Shown one piece after another: positions 9,001 through 16,808 of a stretch of DNA of 64,000 nt (positions are counted from its first letter, which is position 1; each line of letters begins with the position of its first letter). This DNA comes from Mayamaea pseudoterrestris (lineage: Eukaryota). Where the stretch lies: positions 248,001 through 312,000 of the forward strand of contig BROI01000004.1 of the NCBI GenBank assembly GCA_027923505.1, in the 5' to 3' direction. A program made the position numbers and the translations under genes. Below the pieces are notes generated by a model. It did not search any database and was not told the origin of the DNA. It was given only the letters and a program-made list of their open reading frames with translations.

Positions 9001-11523
9001 TTAGCTAACGCACCCGATTGGGCAATGGAAACTCCCGATGCTGGAGTTGACTATGCCTTTGAAATGATTCCAGCGCATCTTATTTTAGGAGGGCTCTACA
9101 CAGAAGCGGCTGACTTGCTAACAAACACTGCATACGTCAAAGGCCGTCTGTTTGCTTTGGGGCGAGAAAATGGAACACGGCGGCAGATCAAGGATTGTGA
9201 GGCGCTTTTTGATCGGCTGCTGGAGAAGCGATTGACCGGAAAAAAGAAACTGGATCCGAAAAGCACCATGAAAAAGGCCTATGAGGTGCTTGGAAGTCTT
9301 ATTAACATGGATGAAGATGAATACATTGCGCAGGAGGGCTCCACTGAGGCGCTGGAAGTTGCACGCGCCCACTCTGAAATAGCCTTTTCTCTTGCGGAAA
9401 AGCGATGCTGGGATGCTGCAATAAAGAATTGGGAGATGAGTCAAGAATTGCTTGTCCAGTCGCTTGGAATGGTAGAGTTGGTTGCTGGCATCCAGTTAAA
9501 TATTGGCGTGTTGTACGGGGAGATGAACGAATTTGAGCGGGCACTGAATGCGATGAAGCAATGCTTGAAGATTCGGGGGGCAATTCATGGCGAAGAGCAT
9601 ATTCTTTATGCGCAAACAATCCAAAAAATTGGCGACATATTTTTGAAAATGAGCGACTATCACGAGGCGATGGAAAGCTACAACTGGGCATTGGATACGT
9701 TGCACGTCGAGCCCAGTCACCATAGAATCGACATCGGCGACATACTCGAAAACATGGGCAGTATTTATTACAGCAAAGGTGAAATCGACGAGGCGCTTCA
9801 ATGTTACCAAGATGCTTTGCGTTCAAAAGAAGTTGATCTTGGAGAAGACCACCCTGAACTTGCAACAACGTTCCAATTCATTGGCAATTGCTTGTCCGAC
9901 CAAGGAAAGACAGAAGAAGCAATAGCTCACTACGAGGAAGCAATCCGTTTAAAGCAGATGGATGCTGAAAGGGGTGGTGAACGCGAGGCCGACATATTAA
10001 CTATGCAAGGCGTTCTTCACAATCTCAACGGCCGACAACACGAGGGCCTGGAATGTTATGAAAAGGCATTGCAGGTTCTTGTAACGAAGGCTCCCCACAA
10101 GAAGGAAAAGGTTGCGTCGTTGCTCCATCTAATTGGTTGCGTGTACCTCATGAGTGGAGAACAGAAGAAATCAATGAAACTCTTTGAAGAAAGTCTCCAG
10201 GCGCGACGGAAAGTTCTTGGTTTCGTTCATCTGGATGTCGCCTCAACACTATTCAACATGGCTTTTCTTTTCCAATCTCGGAACCGTTTGGATAAGGCGT
10301 TAAAATGTCTCGAGGAGGCATTGAAAATCAGACAACTACGACTGCCAGACAGCGAGAAGGTCGCCATTACTCATGAAAAAATCGGGACGCTCGCAAGATC
10401 TATAGGGAAAACGAAGAAAGCAGAAATAGCGTTTAATGAGGCATTACGCATTCGCAAGTTGATTCATGGCAGCGATCACGAAGCTGTTGCAACAGTGCTA
10501 CAAGAGCTTGGAGACTTGATGGACGATCTCGGCGAGTATGACGAGGCAATGAAACATTATGTAGAAGCTCTGGACATACGTCAGACGCAACTGGGCCCCG
10601 ATGACCTTGCAGTCGCCGAAACGCTTTATTCAATGGGATTTAGCCTTCAAAATAACGGCGCGACTGGCCGCGCCTTACAATGTTTCGAAGAGTGTCTTTC
10701 AATTCGAAAATTTCAGCTCGGAGAAGATGCGATATTAGTCGGCGACGTTTTGAATATGATGGGGTATTTGCATGCCCAACGTGGCGAGCTGGATGATAGT
10801 CTTACGTTGCTTTGGGACGCGCTTCGAGTAAGGAAAATTCAAGACGATCACATGAAGGTTTCTGAGACACTGAAGAATATTGGGAATGTTCATCGAGAGA
10901 AGCAGGAACATGAGCTTGCGATCGAGTGTTACGAGGAGTGTTTACGTATAAGAAGAGCAGCGGTAGGCGACAATCATGAAAAGGTTGCCGACGCATTTAT
11001 TGCCATTGGCAACGTTCAAAGCGATCTTGATATGGTAGACGATGCTATGCGTTCTTATGAAGAAGCGCTACGTATTCGAACTATGATTCATGGAGAGCAA
11101 GATGAATCGGTAGCAGCAATCCTCCAGTATATGGGCACCCTTGAATTTCGCGCTGAGCAACTCGATCGCGCGTTGCAGCTGCTGAATGAGTTTATCCGTA
11201 TCCGTGAAGAAATCGGAACTGCAAACGATGGAGATCATGTTAATGTCTTGTTCATGATTGGTAACATTCATAAGTTAAAAGGGGAAGACTTTGAAGCCCA
11301 GCGATGTTGGACGGAAGCGTACAAGGTGTTTAAAGAGCTTGGTTTGGCCGATCCAGAAGTGGCTGCAGTAATGGAGCAGTTAGTGGGAGGGTCGGACTCG
11401 CATAGGGAATCTACTGCCGACTCGTTTCGCAAAGACAGCAACGACGGCGGAATATTAGGCAAGCTGACGCAGAAAGTGAAATCAACTCAACGCGCGAAGA
11501 AGAGCAAGGGACAGCAACTATAA
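3079..11523 (+). CDS. Giant STAND/NB-ARC P-loop NTPase with a C-terminal TPR array and a long Ser/Asp-rich disordered N-terminus
   Basis: Uninterrupted 2814-aa ORF. Motifs: Walker A GIAGVGKTTLA (7777-), FNDGIAWIHIGQ, Walker B LIILDDV, sensor ILVTTR and GxP-like CAYHPLAV. Many ~42-aa TPR repeats follow (e.g. ALQCYQDALRSKEVDLGEDHPELATTFQFIG). Confidence 0.9.
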   Translation: MEDSASHTDDGASQYSDDEGSYHSDGNGSYSDEQSQHCGSAGASIRSDDDNGRNRRRRGRDQLANDNASYDSQQENSQEGSYDSRSQAASSQQSEAHDGQSDYTGGDDGSRSYYSDERSGSQRDDDYSRGSQSRGSRSYYSGDDDERSYRSGSDQGSRSYYSDEERSRSYPGSERSRSPDSSYASQSQSTYEQSHDMLSLIQEEDSRAEQSIISGPSVIAEAWEREQRNEAAVQEASEDYCKSKKIFVSQQSQSLHESQPQKFDGDDTDHGDDHHDDDDSRYNDHGDDHHDDDSRSQHSQSSFNSQSNGSHSQQSAGSDALSLERSRTAPFDAGFGQIGEVHQNKNQRNGGDDDFGFGNDAFSDDAFADNVSPFGDGGADFRNSEFAPSESAFDTGFNGNNESSFGANFSNGEDAKVLGPGGQADAGSSSSDAKVESDDCSGNVWGDRAFPESSQNESSVILSSKTPGRISADKFVQNSVRPPSSRQVNEHPTESASSARVVATSRVQALTMAFNQSDPRQRAAMLLAKAGDAFDTNDTAVDSSASEHSQRSNISSRSGSDSLVADNQNNQFVGEDSHHSGQSHSGMSANAAACNGGRDFVDAEGGESAAELEELEDSLSISNLEDSYPGPSTTRNRQPDSNRSTENDSTEDGSLQSRGSIANSDSNDNNQLMEQNSDSLSGIHTNGKNQFPTVKDDHSLACGSRGPRSHTEGSETSFKSLQESCSTSARSHSPSSAGSAADLSRASGNGSRGSESFSRLERSNSLSADRSDASYSQESNQRSRDSGSISHSEVTRSSSPAQSDASFSQKSEDRSRVSESYSQSERTRSVSPDASDSQRSGDRSGVSESFSQSERTRSSSPDGTNATDSKRSGDRSLSDRSSSPSGSYSHRSEDRSVTNNSQTLSNHSDYHSESSSMDEYPPSHSPSKTYGMHASNAQNSTGTNGSTMNDSTPSFANESSVELGDSFKDESTSEQSHTDHGQVYVGATVLNDSSAGSSAADSFAAESFANESITDGFDDSPARNPASGSPRSHLKPSPAVDIENGQVNEEATRVFENHEQQDGSLSADAENSYSSGDEEDSFFEKTLIAQEPDMLPRITEHSVAEKSNFDESEFGHSAHASVGELSLRSIFSSSSRRSRVRRGAAGSVVSGASGIHSVDTLDVSIVSGMSNYSEQVEEKGRGLAQKKGYSREQMRKLRHDRQKGDSGESATGEEASRGTSVGKGYNAKRSRSKRAKVKVKSDSLLTLVANVSEAMDDIDKEVLDEEEKKEDDASSAKELLLGFEALVGIILQFSDELELMSTFARKRDAASIDALQSLINFAPVIDDVFVELNPILQQCLVDDVDEEMNDLLYGMNLTLDLLCEMTHLVGERQEWNIRANTSYVTLLELLSRDALEVACIFDDIDTPEYELTEQIEDAWSNTGHEEEFKTLQVTADLTIFRQICYDVMLSVDHWCPDINTLMDICGIDDTMLENETVEDHPDDRMFETPETALQVLEKINGDVLPRTVTMSRVMRRIMPTDFITDQLQRDHIQMLKSTVRDQLGLPVSNLVAISSAPEVLNEPESPGIAGVGKTTLAAMVANHPDTRKFFNDGIAWIHIGQKEVTYTRYIQCLRELMAQIDIGDDEEPLFPELLHVPCESQARRRRREEGFMMYAREIMVDFLQFRNVLIILDDVSFEPDLDWFDFDPAALQTDETDDEFSCVILVTTRCRNLLPAADTIEVDMLSKRDSIKLLVQESGELASSLSASAQTESVVKECAYHPLAVKSVGRWLNLKHATAGVSDTNSEMHQDVINSIEMILKSANQEDADMMYEILNMSLSPAINGEPTNIIKFCFAAFVLVFCDKNQISDFALADATPIVPLTIAETLFEALLQTEEQTLLQEGSLFYAQKKEAAVLIPEALSALGVLKVIITFTAAESTEEDSQPDEIEEKYLQVMHAVQEEYGEYLYQEETTLADLTKDAQERWNRAFGLAYLANAPDWAMETPDAGVDYAFEMIPAHLILGGLYTEAADLLTNTAYVKGRLFALGRENGTRRQIKDCEALFDRLLEKRLTGKKKLDPKSTMKKAYEVLGSLINMDEDEYIAQEGSTEALEVARAHSEIAFSLAEKRCWDAAIKNWEMSQELLVQSLGMVELVAGIQLNIGVLYGEMNEFERALNAMKQCLKIRGAIHGEEHILYAQTIQKIGDIFLKMSDYHEAMESYNWALDTLHVEPSHHRIDIGDILENMGSIYYSKGEIDEALQCYQDALRSKEVDLGEDHPELATTFQFIGNCLSDQGKTEEAIAHYEEAIRLKQMDAERGGEREADILTMQGVLHNLNGRQHEGLECYEKALQVLVTKAPHKKEKVASLLHLIGCVYLMSGEQKKSMKLFEESLQARRKVLGFVHLDVASTLFNMAFLFQSRNRLDKALKCLEEALKIRQLRLPDSEKVAITHEKIGTLARSIGKTKKAEIAFNEALRIRKLIHGSDHEAVATVLQELGDLMDDLGEYDEAMKHYVEALDIRQTQLGPDDLAVAETLYSMGFSLQNNGATGRALQCFEECLSIRKFQLGEDAILVGDVLNMMGYLHAQRGELDDSLTLLWDALRVRKIQDDHMKVSETLKNIGNVHREKQEHELAIECYEECLRIRRAAVGDNHEKVADAFIAIGNVQSDLDMVDDAMRSYEEALRIRTMIHGEQDESVAAILQYMGTLEFRAEQLDRALQLLNEFIRIREEIGTANDGDHVNVLFMIGNIHKLKGEDFEAQRCWTEAYKVFKELGLADPEVAAVMEQLVGGSDSHRESTADSFRKDSNDGGILGKLTQKVKSTQRAKKSKGQQL

Positions 11524-11560
11524 ATTATAGTTATAAATTGCGCTAGTTTTTTCCACTTGT

Positions 11561-14446
11561 CTATGGGCTGGTCTTCTCTTCAATAGCGGCGGTAGATTCA
11601 TTAAGACATTTCTTTTCCATCTTCGCCTGAGCGAATCGACGTTTAAATTCTAGTCGAGCAACGCGGTCGTTCTCAGCTCGAAGGCTTTGAAACAAAACGT
11701 CAACCTTTGGCATACAGTCTTGCTCATAATCAGCAAAGAAGGCATGGCGGAGCTGTGGTTTGGCCATGCGCATAATCTGTCGACCAGTCATGGACTCGGG
11801 TACGACTGATGTTGGCGATAAGAGACGTTTGGAAATGAGGAATGCAACGAGCTGCTCGCGAGTCCAGTTCTTCGGAGCAACGTCACATGTGCGAGGCGAA
11901 GTGGAAGAATTGAGGGCGGAAGATTTGGTGTGTCCGCTGCTGGCATCCTTGGACTGCTTCGATTCAATCCCATCCGCAGAATCGCCACCCATGAGATCCA
12001 TAACGGTCCGGAGTGTTTCAATGGTGTGTTCGGTATCTGTGGCATTCGGAGATATGGTAGCAATGACCAGCAAGGCGGCATCTGGCTGTTCCAAACTGTT
12101 TTGCAACGCGCGCGTCAAGTTGGATTCACGTATCGGATTGCGAGTCGGAGACTTACAGTGATTCATTTTGGCGCGGATGCACTGCTTGAGGGTACAGAGA
12201 CTAGCAGTTATTTCCGCACTTTCAGCCTGTCGTTCCTTATTGTGATACAACGAATCGTTTCGTCGCTCCGTGCCGGCGCAGTCAACTAAAGTCAAGACGC
12301 CAACTTGCTTGCTTAAACGATTTTTGATCGTAATTTGACAAATGGCATGCGACCGACTTGAAACTGTGTTTTTGTCAGTGCACTTTGTCGCACGGGCTTC
12401 CTTGGACATTTGCAAGAGAGACAAAAAATCTTTGGCTGTCGCGACCTGAACAGCCGTTGCTCCCACAAATTGCACCGTCGAACCGCTGTTCATGATTTTG
12501 ACTTCCGCGTTGCCATCTCCGATCAAGTCTTTGCATTTCTTTGCAATCTCAATGCACTTGACTTGCACCGCGGTAGCCGACGGTTCTTTAAAAAGGTCCA
12601 GAGCAACAAATTCTTCCATTGCCGAGCAAGTAAACGATTTTCCAGACCCTGTTTGGCCAAAGAGTAATACTGTCGCCGCTTTGGCTTCCCCTGAAGCCAT
12701 GTGTACCAGCGGCTGGACTGATTCTCGGTATACTTGCTCATTCGTAGCGGCATCATCGAAGGCTTCGTGGCATGAAAAGGTTACAGGTTGGACAGCGGGA
12801 GTTTTGCCGTCAGATTGAAGTCTCGTGTCGAAGATGCAAACAGTGTTACTCCCCTTTAAAACGCGGACAACGTCAAAGTCCTTATTTGCTATCTCGTGAT
12901 CAAACAAAGGTCGCTTGCGGACAATGGCCCGGATTGTTGGACATGCTTGCGACGTTGCAGCGATGACCTTCATACTGCATATATCGCTGTCCTTGTAGCT
13001 TGCAATCTGGTCCGTAAACTCTTTAGCGAACTTGAAACGAGCCGTTCGCTTGTCCAAATTTTGACGAGTTAGCTTGCCGGAGTCATTAGCCGGGCTGATC
13101 CTTGAAGGATTCTTGGGACTGTAGGAAGTTTTGACGAACAATGCAGTGCTAATGTTGCGAGACTCTTTGTTGCGCACTCGTAGTTGGTTCATCGTTAGTG
13201 GTCTTGCATCAGTGCCTGTCATGAGTTTATTGGAATTTCCATGAGCAGCAACAACGGAGGAGCCTGTCGGAAGCTTGGTTGTGCGACTGGACGGTGCAGT
13301 GCCGGTGGTGCGAGTAGACTTGAACATCCGCTGCTGAGTCTTTGTGATAAGTGGTTGGTTCTCTTTCGCGTCACTTGCCTTGAAGTTAGTCTTTCCAGAA
13401 AAAGTCGTTGGAATTTGTGAAGAAGGCAGCATGGGGCTTTTGAAGGCACGTACAGGCAATGCACCGAGAGTTGCTTTTGGGCGGAGCGGTAGCCGAGATG
13501 TCAATGCGCTGGCTGCCAGACCTCTAGGCTTTGTTGCAGGCATTATTTTACCCGATGGAACCAAGATTATGCTGCTTTTGGATAACGGTTGCGTGTTGAG
13601 CAACGGTGGTATTGGTGCTTGCTCACCAGCTGCTATTTCAATTGCAGTCGACGCTGCTGCTTTCTTGGTTGTATGCACTGGAGACAAGGAGCTTGGACGG
13701 ATCAATGGCCGCTTCTCCAGCTTGTTTGACAAAATTTGTGACTTGCGACGCGTCGCCAATGGCTGAGTGATGGCTTTAGGCGATGCTATGTGATTGTCGG
13801 CGGTGGCTGTCGAAGCTGCTGCAGGAGGATTCGCCGGCTTTGGACTAGTTTGACAACTTGGAGTCTTTGTCGTCGTCGGCTTTGCTGAACCGATCTTTTT
13901 CGCTTGCAACAGTGCCGAGGAATTGATGCGTTTCGGAGTGAAAAGTTCACGTGTAGGCGTCATTTTTTGCGGCGTTTGGCCATCATATCCAGTCGTCGCT
14001 GCTTCAATCCGCTTGGTAATTGTTAATGGATCCGGCGAAGGGTCGATTGCAAGAGAGACTAGCTGACCATTCTTGCCATCATGGCGTCGCTTGGCGCGTT
14101 CATATCGGGCCCGACGAGCCGTCATGGGTGGCGCTTGAATTGGAGTCGCAACTAAAGCATTTTTCATGGGTGTCTTGCTGGCATCGATATGGTTGCTACT
14201 GCTGCACTTGGCGCCTCCATCTCGGTCACCAATAATACTATTTAGAATTTGCCGTCGTATATTTCGAGCAGCTGGACTCTTTGCTGGCAGAACATTCAAT
14301 GAAGCTGCCTCATTGGTTGTATTGCTGGGCGTCTCAGACTTTGATGCGATTGCTGATGAGCGAGCTGGGGTGGATACAGCTGTTGTAAAGATTCGCTCCT
14401 GCCGATGCTGCTCATTGCGCTTTAAGAGGCCTCTCGTGACTGGCAT
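11561..14446 (-). CDS. Kinesin motor protein, kinesin-13-like, with a long low-complexity N-terminus
   Basis: Motifs IVRKRPLF..E..DFDVV, P-loop GQTGSGKSFT, switch I NTVSSRSHAI, switch II LVDCAGTER and IATISP. Confidence 0.9.
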   Translation of the reverse strand: MPVTRGLLKRNEQHRQERIFTTAVSTPARSSAIASKSETPSNTTNEAASLNVLPAKSPAARNIRRQILNSIIGDRDGGAKCSSSNHIDASKTPMKNALVATPIQAPPMTARRARYERAKRRHDGKNGQLVSLAIDPSPDPLTITKRIEAATTGYDGQTPQKMTPTRELFTPKRINSSALLQAKKIGSAKPTTTKTPSCQTSPKPANPPAAASTATADNHIASPKAITQPLATRRKSQILSNKLEKRPLIRPSSLSPVHTTKKAAASTAIEIAAGEQAPIPPLLNTQPLSKSSIILVPSGKIMPATKPRGLAASALTSRLPLRPKATLGALPVRAFKSPMLPSSQIPTTFSGKTNFKASDAKENQPLITKTQQRMFKSTRTTGTAPSSRTTKLPTGSSVVAAHGNSNKLMTGTDARPLTMNQLRVRNKESRNISTALFVKTSYSPKNPSRISPANDSGKLTRQNLDKRTARFKFAKEFTDQIASYKDSDICSMKVIAATSQACPTIRAIVRKRPLFDHEIANKDFDVVRVLKGSNTVCIFDTRLQSDGKTPAVQPVTFSCHEAFDDAATNEQVYRESVQPLVHMASGEAKAATVLLFGQTGSGKSFTCSAMEEFVALDLFKEPSATAVQVKCIEIAKKCKDLIGDGNAEVKIMNSGSTVQFVGATAVQVATAKDFLSLLQMSKEARATKCTDKNTVSSRSHAICQITIKNRLSKQVGVLTLVDCAGTERRNDSLYHNKERQAESAEITASLCTLKQCIRAKMNHCKSPTRNPIRESNLTRALQNSLEQPDAALLVIATISPNATDTEHTIETLRTVMDLMGGDSADGIESKQSKDASSGHTKSSALNSSTSPRTCDVAPKNWTREQLVAFLISKRLLSPTSVVPESMTGRQIMRMAKPQLRHAFFADYEQDCMPKVDVLFQSLRAENDRVARLEFKRRFAQAKMEKKCLNESTAAIEEKTSP

Positions 14447-14623
14447 GATTCTCGTTGTTGATTATATTACTCTTCACAGTTGATGGCAAATATCAGCGAC
14501 GGCGTTTCTGCCATGGTCAATTGCCAAGGCTTGGCGCACCGCACCGCATCGTTTGAACTTGCCGTTGGGACGAGCGAGTCCAACTCGAATGACCCGGCCG
14601 GCGGAGCAATATTCTTAACCCTG

Positions 14624-14640
14624 ATGACGCACTTTTCACT
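14624..14640 (+). promoter_or_regulatory. Solo copy of the minisatellite core ATGACGCACTTTTCACT in the divergent kinesin/ProRS intergenic region
   Basis: Exact 17-nt reverse complement of 21985-22001 in the second array. A regulatory role is inferred, not shown. Confidence 0.45.
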
Positions 14641-14789
14641 CTCACTTTTCATGGAATGATCTCGGGGCTCCCGGCCTTTTGCTTTGCCTCTGCCTCGTCA
14701 CCATGGAACAATGCCCGCTCATTCTTCTTGATGCTTGATTGCCTGTCTGTTTGATTATCCTTGACTTATAAATAGCCACTGTCTTGGTG

Positions 14790-16751
14790 ATGAAACCATT
14801 ATCACATCTCCTCATTATGAAATGGGCGCTCCTACTTCGAATTCGACAGACTGCTGCGTTTACCTCCGTTGCTCGACGACGACAGCCATCGTTTACAAGT
14901 ATATTGACGACGAAACCGTCCATGACGCAGCACTTACAATATGCAAGACCAAGCCGCTTATTAAGCACTGCAATAACTGCAGGGGAAAACGCGGAACTGG
15001 AGGCCAACATTCAACTCAAGGCCGACGAAATACGTGCCTTGAAGGAAGCCGGCGCCGACAAGGTTGCTGTTGCTCCACTTGTCAATGAACTACTCGCTTT
15101 GAAGGCTCAACTCGATCCAAGCAGCAATAAAACAAACAATGATAAGTCTAGCAAGAAACAGCAAAAATCGAATATGCAAATCAAGGTTGACAAACAACAA
15201 TCTGCTCATGACGACGCTACTGCCGAATCAGACTTTATCACGCCACGCACCACCGACTACTCAAGATGGTACAATGACATTGTTCGCGTCTGCGGTCTGG
15301 CGGAACCATCGCCTGTTCGTGGCTGCATGGTGATTAAACCTTGGGGAATGTCGCTGTGGGATGCTGTCCGCAAGGAACTCGACGAAAAGATTCAAGAGCA
15401 TGGGGCGGAGAATGCCTACTTTCCGCTTCTTATACCCAAATCGTTTTTGTCAAAGGAAGCAGAACATGTGGAAGGATTCGCTAAGGAATGTGCAGTAGTC
15501 ACGCATCATCGACTCAAGGCTGGAACACCGGAGGAAGGTCTGATTGCTGATCCAGACGCCTTGTTGGAGGAGCCACTCATTATTCGACCAACGTCGGAGA
15601 CCATGATTTGGTACACGTTTCGAAAGTGGATTAAGAGTCATCGAGACTTGCCACTCAAGATCAACCAATGGGCCAATGTCATGAGGTGGGAGATGCGGAC
15701 GCGGAGCTTTCTGCGAACTTCTGAATTCTTGTGGCAGGAGGGGCACACGGCGCATGCCACCAGAGAAGGCGCAGTTGAAGATGCTACTGGCATGTTGGAG
15801 AATTATGCTCAGCTGTGCGAGCAGTTACTAGCCATGCCAGTTGTACGAGGCGTCAAGAGTCCTTCGGAGCGATTTGCTGGAGCCGAAGAGACGTATACGA
15901 TTGAGGCGCTCATGCAGAATGGATGGGCACTCCAGTCTGGCACGTCGCATTTTCTGGGTCAGAGTTTCGGAAAGGCGTTTGACGTAAAGTTCCAGGACGA
16001 AAAGGGTCACATGGCCGACGTTTGGGGAACGTCATGGGGCGTTTCGACGCGGCTGCTGGGCGCTCTCATCATGACGCATTCCGATGACGCGGGGCTGGTT
16101 CTTCCACCGCGAGTGGCGCCGATTCAAGTGGTGATTGTTCCAATCCCACCAAAGAAGAACGACGAGGAGTCTAAAGTAGCAATGGATGTTGCCATTGGCA
16201 AGCTTGTGAAAGAACTACGAGGCGAAGGAATTCGGGTAAAGCTGGACGACAGAGACTTTGTCCGCAATGGGGCAAAGTATTTTGAATGGGAGCGCAAGGG
16301 CGTTCCACTTCGAATCGAAGTTGGTCCACGAGATGTCAAGCAAAGCGTCTGCATATTTAAGTATCGCGCTGGAGCTGGCGCAGCGAATAAAGAAACTGTC
16401 GATCTAGCCGATGCAGCAAAATCGGCGCTCAGTGGCTTGGATGCATTGCAGAGTGAACTCTTCGCAGCAGCCCAGACGAGACTAACAGAGGGCATTACAA
16501 TTGATGGTACATACGAGGAGATGAAAGCTGCGTATGAAGGCGACGAAGCTAGCGTCTACCCCGGAAACGGTTTATTTTTGGTGCCTTGGAAGTGTGACGC
16601 TGATAACGAGGAGAAGATCAAAGAGGAGACTAAGGCAACTATCCGATGCTACCCACTTGACGCAAACGAGAAAGGCTTACATAAGGGGAAGAAGTGTTTC
16701 TACAGCGGGGAAGACGCGACGCACATGGCTTTGTTTGGTAGAGCCTTTTAA
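14790..16751 (+). CDS. proS: Prolyl-tRNA synthetase (archaeal/eukaryote-type) with an organellar presequence and a WHEP-like domain
   Basis: Motifs PVRGCMVIKPWG, IIRPTSETMI, NQWANVMRWE, RTSEFLWQEGHT, QSGTSHFLGQ and C-terminal ALFGRAF. The N-terminal signal-like stretch ends in TAAF. A WHEP-like helix hairpin reads KADEIRALKEAGADKVAVAPLVNELLALKAQL. The start codon at 14790 is inferred. Confidence 0.95.
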   Translation: MKPLSHLLIMKWALLLRIRQTAAFTSVARRRQPSFTSILTTKPSMTQHLQYARPSRLLSTAITAGENAELEANIQLKADEIRALKEAGADKVAVAPLVNELLALKAQLDPSSNKTNNDKSSKKQQKSNMQIKVDKQQSAHDDATAESDFITPRTTDYSRWYNDIVRVCGLAEPSPVRGCMVIKPWGMSLWDAVRKELDEKIQEHGAENAYFPLLIPKSFLSKEAEHVEGFAKECAVVTHHRLKAGTPEEGLIADPDALLEEPLIIRPTSETMIWYTFRKWIKSHRDLPLKINQWANVMRWEMRTRSFLRTSEFLWQEGHTAHATREGAVEDATGMLENYAQLCEQLLAMPVVRGVKSPSERFAGAEETYTIEALMQNGWALQSGTSHFLGQSFGKAFDVKFQDEKGHMADVWGTSWGVSTRLLGALIMTHSDDAGLVLPPRVAPIQVVIVPIPPKKNDEESKVAMDVAIGKLVKELRGEGIRVKLDDRDFVRNGAKYFEWERKGVPLRIEVGPRDVKQSVCIFKYRAGAGAANKETVDLADAAKSALSGLDALQSELFAAAQTRLTEGITIDGTYEEMKAAYEGDEASVYPGNGLFLVPWKCDADNEEKIKEETKATIRCYPLDANEKGLHKGKKCFYSGEDATHMALFGRAF

Positions 16752-16808
16752 TAGCGGTTATTGTAATATAGACTGATTACAAATTATTATGTCACGTCCA
16801 TACCTCAC

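Noticed and set aside
14450..14780. Possible structured ncRNA in the kinesin/ProRS intergenic region
   Set aside because: No convincing tRNA, snRNA or snoRNA box pattern was seen by eye. An Infernal/Rfam scan would be needed.
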